From NCBI GenBank assembly GCA_964632215.1, contig CAZWBG010000003.1, positions 7,833-71,832 on the forward strand: DNA of 64,000 nucleotides, given 5' to 3'. The stretch is from an uncultured Candidatus Saccharibacteria bacterium (GTDB lineage Bacteria > Patescibacteriota > Saccharimonadia > Saccharimonadales > UBA7683). The notes below the pieces were generated by a model that was not told the DNA's origin, did not search any database, and saw only the letters and a program-made list of their open reading frames with translations. This document shows, piece by piece, positions 26,500 through 34,579 of the stretch. Position numbers and translations under genes: made by a program. The stretch's first letter is position 1; each line of letters begins with the position of its first letter.

Positions 26500-26508
26500 T
26501 GATATACT
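26500..26508 (+). promoter_or_regulatory. Extended -10 box (TGaTATACT) 6 nt upstream of GTG 26515; leaderless candidate
   Basis: Sequence reads TGA-TATACT-cactac-GTG. An in-frame stop at 26500-26502 leaves GTG 26515 as the only available start. Confidence 0.45.
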
Positions 26509-26514
26509 CACTAC

Positions 26515-27492
26515 GTGAAAACATCAGAAAAAATTATCCGATATATTAAAAAACACCAACAGGTTACAGGTGTTGAATTGGCAGATTATCTTGATATTGG
26601 TGATCGAGCGGTACGTAAACAGCTGAAAACATTGCTTGATGGGGGAAAAATTCACAAGATTGGTAAGCCACCCAGGGTATACTATTATTTCAATACACAA
26701 GAAGTGTCAGAAGAACCTGTTGCTATACAACTTGATCCAGACACTCGGGATCTTATTGAAGAGAATTTCTATCATGTTACTCCAGTAGGGAACATACTTG
26801 AAGGGGTGGCAGGGTTTGTGGCTTGGTGTACCGCCAGGAATACCGATCCAGCTCATATGGCGGCCCAGTATTGGCAGGTGTATGAAAAATATGATAAGTA
26901 TCGTATCGATGGACTGGTTGACGGTACCAAAAAGCTACAGACTACCTTTGACAAGACGATGCTTGACGAACTTTTTTACATTGATTTTTATAGTGTGGAG
27001 ATATTTGGTAAAACTAAACTAGGTCAAATGCTTCTTTTCGCAAAGCAGAGTCAAGACAGATCACTGATTAACCAGGTTGCAGACATTGTTGCACCTCGAG
27101 TACGAAAAGTGATAAAAGACTATAAAATTGAGGCAGTTGGCTTTATACCACCAACCGTGAAGCGTGAACTGCAATTTATGAAACAGATTGAGAAGAGACT
27201 GCAGCTAGAATTGCCGGTAATTCCAATTTTAAAGATCAAGACCCCGGTAGTTGTCCCACAAAAAACACTTTCAAAACTTCAAGACAGGGTGATGAATGCT
27301 CAGAATACTATCAAAGTGGGTGGTCATACACCATATAAAAATATATTGCTGATAGACGACGCAGTTGGATCAGGAGCTACTTTGCAAGAAACTGCTCGTA
27401 AATTGCGCCAGAAAGGACTTGCAGAAGGCAGCATCATAGGACTTGCAATTACTGGCAGTATCAAGGGATTCGATGTAATTAGTGAGGTATAG
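26515..27492 (+). CDS. wHTH domain fused to ComF/GntX-like phosphoribosyltransferase
   Basis: N-terminal wHTH 'VTGVELADYLDIGDRAVRKQLKTLLDGGKIHKIG'. C-terminal PRTase PRPP loop 'ILLIDDAVGSGATLQETARKL', preceded by a ComF-like 'VGFIPPT...' segment. The Cys4 zinc finger typical of ComFC is absent. Confidence 0.65.
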   Translation: MKTSEKIIRYIKKHQQVTGVELADYLDIGDRAVRKQLKTLLDGGKIHKIGKPPRVYYYFNTQEVSEEPVAIQLDPDTRDLIEENFYHVTPVGNILEGVAGFVAWCTARNTDPAHMAAQYWQVYEKYDKYRIDGLVDGTKKLQTTFDKTMLDELFYIDFYSVEIFGKTKLGQMLLFAKQSQDRSLINQVADIVAPRVRKVIKDYKIEAVGFIPPTVKRELQFMKQIEKRLQLELPVIPILKIKTPVVVPQKTLSKLQDRVMNAQNTIKVGGHTPYKNILLIDDAVGSGATLQETARKLRQKGLAEGSIIGLAITGSIKGFDVISEV

Positions 27493-27626
27493 CCTCCGCC
27501 GCACTAGAGTAGATGAGTACTTAATTGCGAGTACCTGGACCATTGACGAGATACCTAAATAAACATATAGTTTACTCAGCTTTCGGGGGATCCTGAAGGT
27601 GTACCTATCAATCAAGGAGGTCCACC

Positions 27627-28334
27627 ATGGCGGTGGAGCAGTATATGCGAGAAGGTTCACTGCTCGTCAGTGACGAACGCCTCACGGAGCGTAAAGCTCG
27701 CCAGCAGCTGCTGAGTGAGACGGGGTTCGAACAGGTGCTCTCCTACGAGGAGACCCAGGTCCATCGGCTTGAGATGGCCAAGCTGGTCTTCACTGAGTTG
27801 ACGGGGAAAGAGCTGACCATGTGGCGTCGGTTTCTGCCGACTACGGTCTCCACTGAACAATATCGTTTCGATCAGCCGCCAACCGAAGTACTCGAGGTCA
27901 TCAAGGCGGCTCAAGCGATGCAGTGTTTTGATCGGATCGAAATCTGGACACCAGAAGGTAACAACGTACGTGGGGCCATTGCTCGTGTGATCAAACGAGG
28001 GGTCAACCGTGTTACCAACTTTCTGGCTGAGATCGATCCGATGGCGGTTGGAGTAATCAATGGCGCCGACAACGCTCCGTGCTACTACCCGATTGTGCGT
28101 TGGGGCGAGAGTCTCTTGCCCGTCAAGCGAATAAAGGCCCATGTTAGACATACCCGCTTAGGTGTGCGTACCGTCGCCACACTGTTGGCCATGGTCATCC
28201 TGGCTGCGCTCGGTGGAGCAGTTTTCGGCATCGCTGCGATGGCCGCCGCTTTCGGCTGGTGGCTACTCCTCTGTGCGGCTGTGGTGGTTATTGTTGTCGC
28301 GTGGTTGGGGCGCGGCGTTTACCTCTTGTGGTGA
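27627..28334 (+). CDS. Hypothetical protein with C-terminal double TM anchor, encoded in a GC-rich (foreign) patch
   Basis: Strong SD AAGGAGG lies 7 nt upstream. A soluble ~170-aa N-domain is followed by 'VATLLAMVILAALGGAVFGIAAMAAAFGWWLLLCAAVVVIVVAWLG'. Hand GC counts are 36/60 and 40/60 nt inside the gene versus 18/60 in the neighbouring gene. Confidence 0.7.
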   Translation: MAVEQYMREGSLLVSDERLTERKARQQLLSETGFEQVLSYEETQVHRLEMAKLVFTELTGKELTMWRRFLPTTVSTEQYRFDQPPTEVLEVIKAAQAMQCFDRIEIWTPEGNNVRGAIARVIKRGVNRVTNFLAEIDPMAVGVINGADNAPCYYPIVRWGESLLPVKRIKAHVRHTRLGVRTVATLLAMVILAALGGAVFGIAAMAAAFGWWLLLCAAVVVIVVAWLGRGVYLLW

Positions 28335-28504
28335 CCTAGTTCAGCCGACTTTCCTTAACGGACTACATAGCCTCATCCTGATGTATCAGGATGGTCCGTG
28401 CCCTGCTGCACATATATTTGTGCGCGGGGTGTAGGCGTCCTACTTGCGTAGCAACTGATGAGACCTAGGAAGTTTAGGTCGAATAGGACAAAAGATGAGT
28501 ACGT

Positions 28505-28650
28505 GTGAGCTCTACCCACACGATTTACTTTGAGAACTTCTCGGCAGTGGTGTTCTCTTGGGATTGGTACTTTATTGTACCGACCCCTGCCACACTAAAA
28601 CAGGCAACTACAGTATTGAAAATGCCCTGAATATTGACAATATAGCCTAG
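28505..28650 (+). pseudogene. Relic of a truB 3' end (copy 3, more decayed)
   Basis: 28573-28650 translates to 'YCTDPCHTKTGNYSIENALNIDNIA*' and aligns without gaps to both other copies (YCT[ED]...T[RK].G[DN]Y.I..A.NI..I). A possible frameshifted 'VSS...' segment begins at 28505. Confidence 0.65.
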
Positions 28651-28663
28651 AGTATGCTATAAT
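28634..28663 (+). promoter_or_regulatory. Consensus sigma-70 promoter (TTGACA-18-TATAAT)
   Basis: The -35 TTGACA (28634-28639) lies inside the last codons of truB relic 3. The -10 TATAAT is at 28658-28663. The promoter drives the 28706 gene. Confidence 0.6.
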
Positions 28664-28705
28664 AAAATAATAGATATGGTTCAATATGATTGAAAACGAT
28701 AGCTG

Positions 28706-30085
28706 ATGAAGAACTATGAAACAAACACCAAGTTAAAGAATCCAGGTATTCCTAAAAGCCGCGAGATCTTTGTAGGCGATATTAACGACGCTGTCATCAA
28801 AGTACAGCAGGTTACTGGCTTTGAGGTTACACCTGAATGGTGGATGAGTGAAGTTGGTAATGAGGGTGCGACCGAAGACATACTCGACCGCTTCGACAGA
28901 GCATTTGAGCAGTTTATTCACCTACAAATGAGTACAGCTGAATCTAGCGAGGTTGAGAATGCGACGATTTCCGAAGCTGATAAGCAGTTAGACGAGTTTG
29001 ATCAGGCAATGCCAAAAACAGAAGCAGATGTTCAGCTTCGAGAGGAGTTCCTTGAGGAGCTCGCAGAACATCTGAAGGAGAAATATTGCTCAGAGAAGCC
29101 AGAAGTAGTAGGTACCGACCCCAGAGACCAGATACTTCTATCAGGATCCGTAGAGTACTTAGCGGCGGAGCAGGCACGTAAAGAGCTTGAAGACCCGGTA
29201 ACGCGAATCGTGGAGCTTCACTACTCGAGCGAAGGTCGAGAGATTACGCTTCTTGGCACGAACCACACTTTTGACCCTGATGACCCAGGGATCGCTTATT
29301 TAGACAGTTTTGTGAGAGAAAAGGCGAGTAACCCGCGAACGGTATTTATTCTCGAGGGTCAGTACAGTAAAACCGAAGCGCCAATGACCAATCCAGTTGA
29401 TGCGGTGATAACTGGCGGCGAATTTAACTACACGGCTTCTTTGGCTAATCAACTTGGTGTTGAATATATTCCAGCTGAACCTGATCCCAGGACTAATGCT
29501 GAACAGATCTTAGTGGAAAACCCAGAGATTACTCGTGAAGAAGTAGCTTTGCACTACACGGTGAAAACATTGTCAGCATTATTCAAAGATCAGGATGAAC
29601 AGCCTCTAGCTGATATTTCTCCGTATGTTTATTGCAGCGCAGGTATTGGCGGTACCACAGAAGACGGAGGAGTAGTTGAAAAAAGTTTCAGTAGGACCGA
29701 CATTCTAGAAATTAGCGATGATCTGCGGGGTAAGATTAATCTTGCTATGCCACAGCTTATCGAACAGCTCAACGAAGTATTTATTAAAGTTGTACCTGGG
29801 GAGACCTTACTGGAATTAATAGATGATGACGTCGTGAAACTAGTGTATAACCTTAATAGTCAACCGGTGCTTTGGGATCCTGCACCCGAACTCTCAAATC
29901 GTGAACCAACTGTCATAACGAAAATATCACAACTAGATATGCTTATGAGAGACCGTCACACGTTTAGTCTTATGCAGCAAGCACTGGATGAGGGTAAGGA
30001 GCCCGTAGTGGCTGTTGGAAGCTCGCATGTGAGTACACTAGGTCCAGCCATGGATGCAGCATACAAAAAATCAGAAGAGCAGTAG
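28706..30085 (+). CDS. TraB/GumN-like (erythromycin-esterase superfamily) protein with acidic N-terminal region
   Basis: 'ITLLGTNHTFDP...VFILEG' and C-terminal 'MRDRHTFSLMQQAL...PVVAVGSSHVSTLG' resemble the TraB/PrgY/GumN motifs (GTaH...E, RD..m, vGagH). The assignment is by eye only. Confidence 0.4.
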   Translation: MKNYETNTKLKNPGIPKSREIFVGDINDAVIKVQQVTGFEVTPEWWMSEVGNEGATEDILDRFDRAFEQFIHLQMSTAESSEVENATISEADKQLDEFDQAMPKTEADVQLREEFLEELAEHLKEKYCSEKPEVVGTDPRDQILLSGSVEYLAAEQARKELEDPVTRIVELHYSSEGREITLLGTNHTFDPDDPGIAYLDSFVREKASNPRTVFILEGQYSKTEAPMTNPVDAVITGGEFNYTASLANQLGVEYIPAEPDPRTNAEQILVENPEITREEVALHYTVKTLSALFKDQDEQPLADISPYVYCSAGIGGTTEDGGVVEKSFSRTDILEISDDLRGKINLAMPQLIEQLNEVFIKVVPGETLLELIDDDVVKLVYNLNSQPVLWDPAPELSNREPTVITKISQLDMLMRDRHTFSLMQQALDEGKEPVVAVGSSHVSTLGPAMDAAYKKSEEQ

Positions 30086-30217
30086 CTTATGACTTTTAGT
30101 CTACATCTGGTAGACTACGGGTATGGATATTTATGCAATTGGTAAGATTCAGGCAGGTACCTCAAGTTGATTAACTGAGTCAGAGACATTAATCAACGGA
30201 TAACAAGGTAGGATTTT

Positions 30218-31891
30218 ATGATTGCACGAATTTTAATTGCTAATAAGAGTTTTGGTGACAAACAACTTTATAAAGATTTAGACATCTCAGTTCAGCGTGG
30301 GGAGAAGATCGGCCTGATTGGTCGTAATGGTACGGGTAAATCTACTCTACTAAATATTATCAGTGGACTAGATAAAGATTACGACGGCGATATCACTTTG
30401 CAAAAAAGTGCTGTTTTGATCTCGAGTCGTCAGGAGCATCATGGCTATGAGAAACTTTCAGTCTTAGAGTACATCCTGGGTGATTTACCAGAGTACGCTC
30501 AGCTCAAGCACGTGATAGAAACCTATCCGGAGCACATGGGAGAGAACGAGCAGAAATTGCAGGCTTACAGCGATGCACTGGAGCGGTTTGGTAGTTTGGG
30601 TTATTTTGAGATTGAAAGTGATGTTGAGCGAGCGCTGTCAGATTATCAGTTAGTGCTTGATATCAACCATACAACTCTCGGTAGCTTGAGCGGTGGCCAA
30701 AAGCGGATGGTGGAGCTCGTAAAGGTACAGCGGGCTCGGGCCGATGTAGCGTTGATTGATGAGCCGACTAACCACATGGACTATGTAGCCAAGCAGTCGT
30801 TTGTGAGCTGGCTGAAGAATACCGACGAAGCAGTGCTGGTGATTACTCACGACCGCGATGTTTTGGGCGTGGTGGACAGAATTGTCGAGATTCGCGATGG
30901 CAAGGCCTACAGCTTCAAGGGTAACTATAACGACTACTTGCGATCTAATACTCAAAATATCACCTCACAAGTAAATGAATTTGAGACTGCCCAGCGGCGG
31001 ATTGTAAATCTTAAGAGTAACGTCGTAAGGTTTAAGCGAATGAAAGAACGCTCGCGTGATCCGGGTACGATCCACCGTTTTAAATCACTCGAGCAGCGGG
31101 CAGCGGCTGAGTTGGCTGAGCTCTCAGGTGGCGAGAAGCCAACTTTCTGGATTGATCGTGAATCTGCCGAAGATCTTGGGACGAAGATGAGTGAGGCTTA
31201 TTCTGAGCATAAAGCTCGTAATATTCGAGTGCGCACCAAGCATAAAACTGATGCGAGCGAGAAGCAGCTGATTAAGGTTGATGGTATCAGTTTGGGCTAC
31301 GGTAAGGAGCCACTTTTTGCACCTGTAAATTTTGAGCTACGATCTGGCAGTAAATTGCAGCTGAAAGGTCGTAATGGTGCTGGTAAGACCACGCTAGTGC
31401 AGGCAATTCTAAGTACGGTACACGGTGGCAAGCCAGAATCGACTGTATTTAGCGGACATATTGAGCACGAGCCACGCTTGAGAATTGGTGTTTACGAACA
31501 AGAAATTGACCCACAGTATTTGGAGATGACACTGAATGAAGCGATCGAACACATTTATAATGTAAAAGATTTATCCATTACCGATGAGAAGATTAAGCAG
31601 CTACTGAGTGACTACCTTTTTAACCCACACACCGATGCAATCATGCAGCTGCAGCGGTTGAGTGGTGGTCAGAAGGCTCGCTTCCAACTGATTGCGATGC
31701 TAGCGGGTGACCCAGAGGTACTTATTTTGGATGAGCCAACCAACCACCTTGATCTACCGAGTATTGAAGAGCTGGAGGATGCTTTGAGTCAGTACCACGG
31801 GGCAATTTTGTATATCTCACACGATAGCTTCTTTACCAAAAACCTTGGCGGCGAAGTTGTGGAGGTGGCAGCTGAGACAAAAACGACTTGA
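30218..31891 (+). CDS. ABC-F family ATPase (two ABC domains, no TM domain)
   Basis: Walker A motifs 'GRNGTGKSTLL' and 'GRNGAGKTTLV'. Signature motifs 'LSGGQKRMVEL' and 'LSGGQKARFQL'. Walker B motifs 'ALIDEPTNHMD' and 'LILDEPTNHLD'. A charged interdomain linker joins the two ABC domains. Confidence 0.9.
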   Translation: MIARILIANKSFGDKQLYKDLDISVQRGEKIGLIGRNGTGKSTLLNIISGLDKDYDGDITLQKSAVLISSRQEHHGYEKLSVLEYILGDLPEYAQLKHVIETYPEHMGENEQKLQAYSDALERFGSLGYFEIESDVERALSDYQLVLDINHTTLGSLSGGQKRMVELVKVQRARADVALIDEPTNHMDYVAKQSFVSWLKNTDEAVLVITHDRDVLGVVDRIVEIRDGKAYSFKGNYNDYLRSNTQNITSQVNEFETAQRRIVNLKSNVVRFKRMKERSRDPGTIHRFKSLEQRAAAELAELSGGEKPTFWIDRESAEDLGTKMSEAYSEHKARNIRVRTKHKTDASEKQLIKVDGISLGYGKEPLFAPVNFELRSGSKLQLKGRNGAGKTTLVQAILSTVHGGKPESTVFSGHIEHEPRLRIGVYEQEIDPQYLEMTLNEAIEHIYNVKDLSITDEKIKQLLSDYLFNPHTDAIMQLQRLSGGQKARFQLIAMLAGDPEVLILDEPTNHLDLPSIEELEDALSQYHGAILYISHDSFFTKNLGGEVVEVAAETKTT

Positions 31892-31971
31892 TAATTTTGG
31901 CTACATCTGGTAAGATGGTTTGTAACGCCATTGGAAACAATACATCTCTAACACAATTTTGAAAGGTTCGG

Positions 31972-32238
31972 ATGATTACAACGGAGAAAAAAGCAGTTGC
32001 CATTAAAGCAACACAACGAAGCAAAGCAGATGTCGGTTCATCAGAAGTACAGGCTAGTATTTTAACTGCTCGTATTAAAGAATTAACTGAACATCTTAAG
32101 ATTCATAAAAAAGACAATCACTCACGTCGTGGCCTTTTACAGATGGTTGGTAAGCGCAAGAGACTTCTCAAGTATCTAAAAGAGACAAACTTCGCAACCT
32201 ACAAAGCTACCGTCGAAAAACTCGGTCTTCGTAAGTAG
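31972..32238 (+). CDS. rpsO: 30S ribosomal protein S15
   Basis: '[48 protein letters not shown]' is canonical S15. Confidence 0.92.
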   Translation: MITTEKKAVAIKATQRSKADVGSSEVQASILTARIKELTEHLKIHKKDNHSRRGLLQMVGKRKRLLKYLKETNFATYKATVEKLGLRK

Positions 32239-32455
32239 AGAACTCGCGAGAACTCTCCATGGCTAGGGCTGTGGAGGGCAAGGCGAGCGCTCCATAAAGA
32301 GTAGTCGATCGCGCGAATGCGTGTCTCAATGGGCATATCTCGATGTTTAACAATAAACTGCCAGTTGGTGGTGTATGACGCTGAGCGCGCAGCCCTTTTG
32401 GTGCGAACTGTGCGGTATACATCATGCTGGTCATGAAGAAGAAAGGACATACATC

Positions 32456-34579
32456 ATGTCATCAGATACTATTAACCCATTTGGTAAAGAAAAAATTTCA
32501 GTTGAGACTGAGCTTTGCGGTAAAACCCTTAAGCTCGAGGTAAATCGAGTTGGCTTTAGAACTTCAGCCTCAGTTATTGTCAGTTACGGAGAAACAGTGG
32601 TTCTTGGTACGGCTATGGTTGGTAATAAGCCAATGAGTGGTATGGATTACTTTCCACTTTCTATCGACTACGAAGAAAAATTCTACGCAGCTGGTAAGAT
32701 TAGTGGCTCCCGCTTTGTTAAGCGTGAAGGTCGCCCATCTGACGATGCTATTTTAATTGGCCGTTTAATTGATCGTCCAATACGACCACTCTTTCCAAAA
32801 GGCTATCGCCAAGAAGTCCAGGGAGTGGCGACGGTGCTTTCTATGGATCCAACTTTCCGCCCAGACATGGTAGCGATGATTGCTATGAGTGCAGCCCTAA
32901 GCCTTACCGGTGCTCCATTTGATGGCCCGATCGCAGGACTCCGCCTTGCACAGGTGAACGGTGAATTTAAAGCTTTTGCGTCACCTGAGGAAATTGAAAA
33001 TAGCGACCTCGACCTTGTTGTCGCAGCTACTGAAAAAGCTATTATTATGGTAGAAGCTGGTGCCAGCGAAGTCAGCGAAGAATTGGTCGGAGATGGTCTC
33101 GCTTGGGCGCACGAGGCTATGCTGCCGGCTATTAAACTGCAGCAAGAACTGATAGCTCTTGTGAAGCCAGAACCACGTGAGTACGAACTTGTATTACCGA
33201 ATGAAGAGATTCAGACCGAAGTAAATGCTTGGGTAGATGGCAAGCTTGGTGAAGGTCTGCGTGCGCCATATCCAGAACGTAATGAGCTAGTTTCAACTTT
33301 GAAAAATGCTTTCCACAGTGAATTTAAAGAAAAGCATGGTGAAGAATATACGAATCTCCATAATGAATACGAGGAAGCTTTTACCAAGGCACTTCACGAA
33401 GATGTACGCAAGGGAATTGTCGAACATCAACTGCGTCCAGATGGTCGTCAGTTAGATGAAATTCGCCCACTCAGCTCTGAGGTTGGCTTCTTACCCCGCG
33501 TACACGGATCAAGCATCTTTACTCGTGGTATGACTCAGGCGATCAACATTATAACGCTTGCTCCACTTTCTTACGCACAAGTTGTTGACACGATGGAGCA
33601 GACCGATGGTGAGCGACGCTATATGCACCATTACAACGCTCCTGGTTACACGGTTGGTGAAGTACGCCGACTTGGTGGAGCAGGACGACGCGAAATCGGT
33701 CACGGCTACTTAGCTGAACGAGCCCTAACTGCAGTTCTGCCAAAAGAAGAAGATTTCCCATATGCCATACGTTCGGTCACTGAAATTATGAGCCAAAACG
33801 GTTCTACCTCTATGGCTGCAACGTGCTCAAGCTGCTTGGCCCTTATGGATGCTGGTGTTCCTTTGGTTCGCCCAGTGAGTGGTATTGCAATGGGTCTGAT
33901 GATGGACGGTGATACGCCGTACGTACTTTCAGATATTGCTGATGCTGAAGACTTTGCTGGCGACATGGACTTTAAGGTGACTGGAACTGAAAAGGGTATT
34001 ACTGCACTCCAGATGGATATGAAAGTCCACGGTTTGCCGATTGAGATTCTGCGGGAAGCTTTAGCTAAGGGTAAAATTGGCCGAGCTAAGATTCTTGACC
34101 ACATGATTACCATCTTGGCTGAGCCACGAGACAAGCTTAGCCCATATGCTCCGCGTATTGAAAAATTGATGGTTAACCCAGAAAAAATCGGTGCAATTAT
34201 TGGTAAGGGCGGTGAAACCATCAACAAGATTACTTCTGAGACAGGTGCTATGATCGACATTAAAGACGACGGCTTAGTAACAGTCGCTGCTGTTGACGGC
34301 GACTCAATTGAGCGAGCTTTGAATTGGATTAAGGGCCTAGTTGAGGAGCCAGAAGTCGGCAAGATCTATACCGGTAAAGTCGTGAAAGTCATGGACTTCG
34401 GTGCCTTTGTGCAGTTTATGCCAGGTCAAGACGGCATGGTGCATATCTCCGAACTAGCTGATGGCCGAGTAGAAAAAGTTACTGATGTCGTTAACGAAGG
34501 CGACGAAGTACAAGTAAAGCTAATGGCGATTGACGACCGTGGTCGCATGAACCTTTCTATCAAACAAGTTAAGGAATAA
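32456..34579 (+). CDS. pnp: Polyribonucleotide nucleotidyltransferase (PNPase)
   Basis: Two RNase PH domains ('RPDGR...IRP', 'GGAGRREIGHG'), a KH domain ('IGAIIGKGGETINKI') and an S1 domain ('GKVVKVMDFGAFVQF'). I prefer ATG 32456 after GAAAGGA over ORF-track 32375. Confidence 0.95.
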   Translation: MSSDTINPFGKEKISVETELCGKTLKLEVNRVGFRTSASVIVSYGETVVLGTAMVGNKPMSGMDYFPLSIDYEEKFYAAGKISGSRFVKREGRPSDDAILIGRLIDRPIRPLFPKGYRQEVQGVATVLSMDPTFRPDMVAMIAMSAALSLTGAPFDGPIAGLRLAQVNGEFKAFASPEEIENSDLDLVVAATEKAIIMVEAGASEVSEELVGDGLAWAHEAMLPAIKLQQELIALVKPEPREYELVLPNEEIQTEVNAWVDGKLGEGLRAPYPERNELVSTLKNAFHSEFKEKHGEEYTNLHNEYEEAFTKALHEDVRKGIVEHQLRPDGRQLDEIRPLSSEVGFLPRVHGSSIFTRGMTQAINIITLAPLSYAQVVDTMEQTDGERRYMHHYNAPGYTVGEVRRLGGAGRREIGHGYLAERALTAVLPKEEDFPYAIRSVTEIMSQNGSTSMAATCSSCLALMDAGVPLVRPVSGIAMGLMMDGDTPYVLSDIADAEDFAGDMDFKVTGTEKGITALQMDMKVHGLPIEILREALAKGKIGRAKILDHMITILAEPRDKLSPYAPRIEKLMVNPEKIGAIIGKGGETINKITSETGAMIDIKDDGLVTVAAVDGDSIERALNWIKGLVEEPEVGKIYTGKVVKVMDFGAFVQFMPGQDGMVHISELADGRVEKVTDVVNEGDEVQVKLMAIDDRGRMNLSIKQVKE

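Larger units (their letters stand above)
24866..31971. other. Accessory block interrupting the usually contiguous truB-rpsO-pnp arrangement
   Basis: Five unrelated genes, two truB 3'-end relics and a GC-rich patch lie between the truB stop (24865) and the rpsO start (31972). Confidence 0.6.

Noticed and set aside
30166-30197. Inverted repeat gttgattaa-N14-ttaatcaac upstream of the ABC-F gene, considered as an attenuator like those of antibiotic-resistance ABC-F genes.
   Set aside because: A 9-bp-arm IR is expected several times by chance in this window. No leader peptide ORF or terminator T-run accompanies it.
30094-31912. Shared 12-mer 'ctacatctggta' (30101-30112 and 31901-31912), each 10-16 nt after a stop codon and flanking the ABC-F gene. 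I considered these as direct repeats marking a cassette insertion.
   Set aside because: By rough estimate, on the order of 10^2 identical 12-mer pairs are expected by chance in 64 kb. Flanking similarity is weak and needs an indel. This is not enough to call a target-site duplication, although the gene does lie inside the truB-rpsO accessory block.
33706-34362. Long antisense ORFs opposite well-supported genes: 33706-34362 vs pnp; 55489-56034 vs pilC; 27657-28151 vs the GC-rich gene; 20670-20939 vs rpsT; 7306-7584 vs acpP; 6566-6877 and 6884-7087 vs the MgtE-like genes; 16325-16684, 14696-14986 and 15324-15707 vs the fibre gene.
   Set aside because: The sense-strand proteins have clear family motifs or coherent architecture. 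The antisense translations are low-complexity or Ser/Pro/Arg-rich with no motifs, start signals or independent support. These are typical shadow ORFs.
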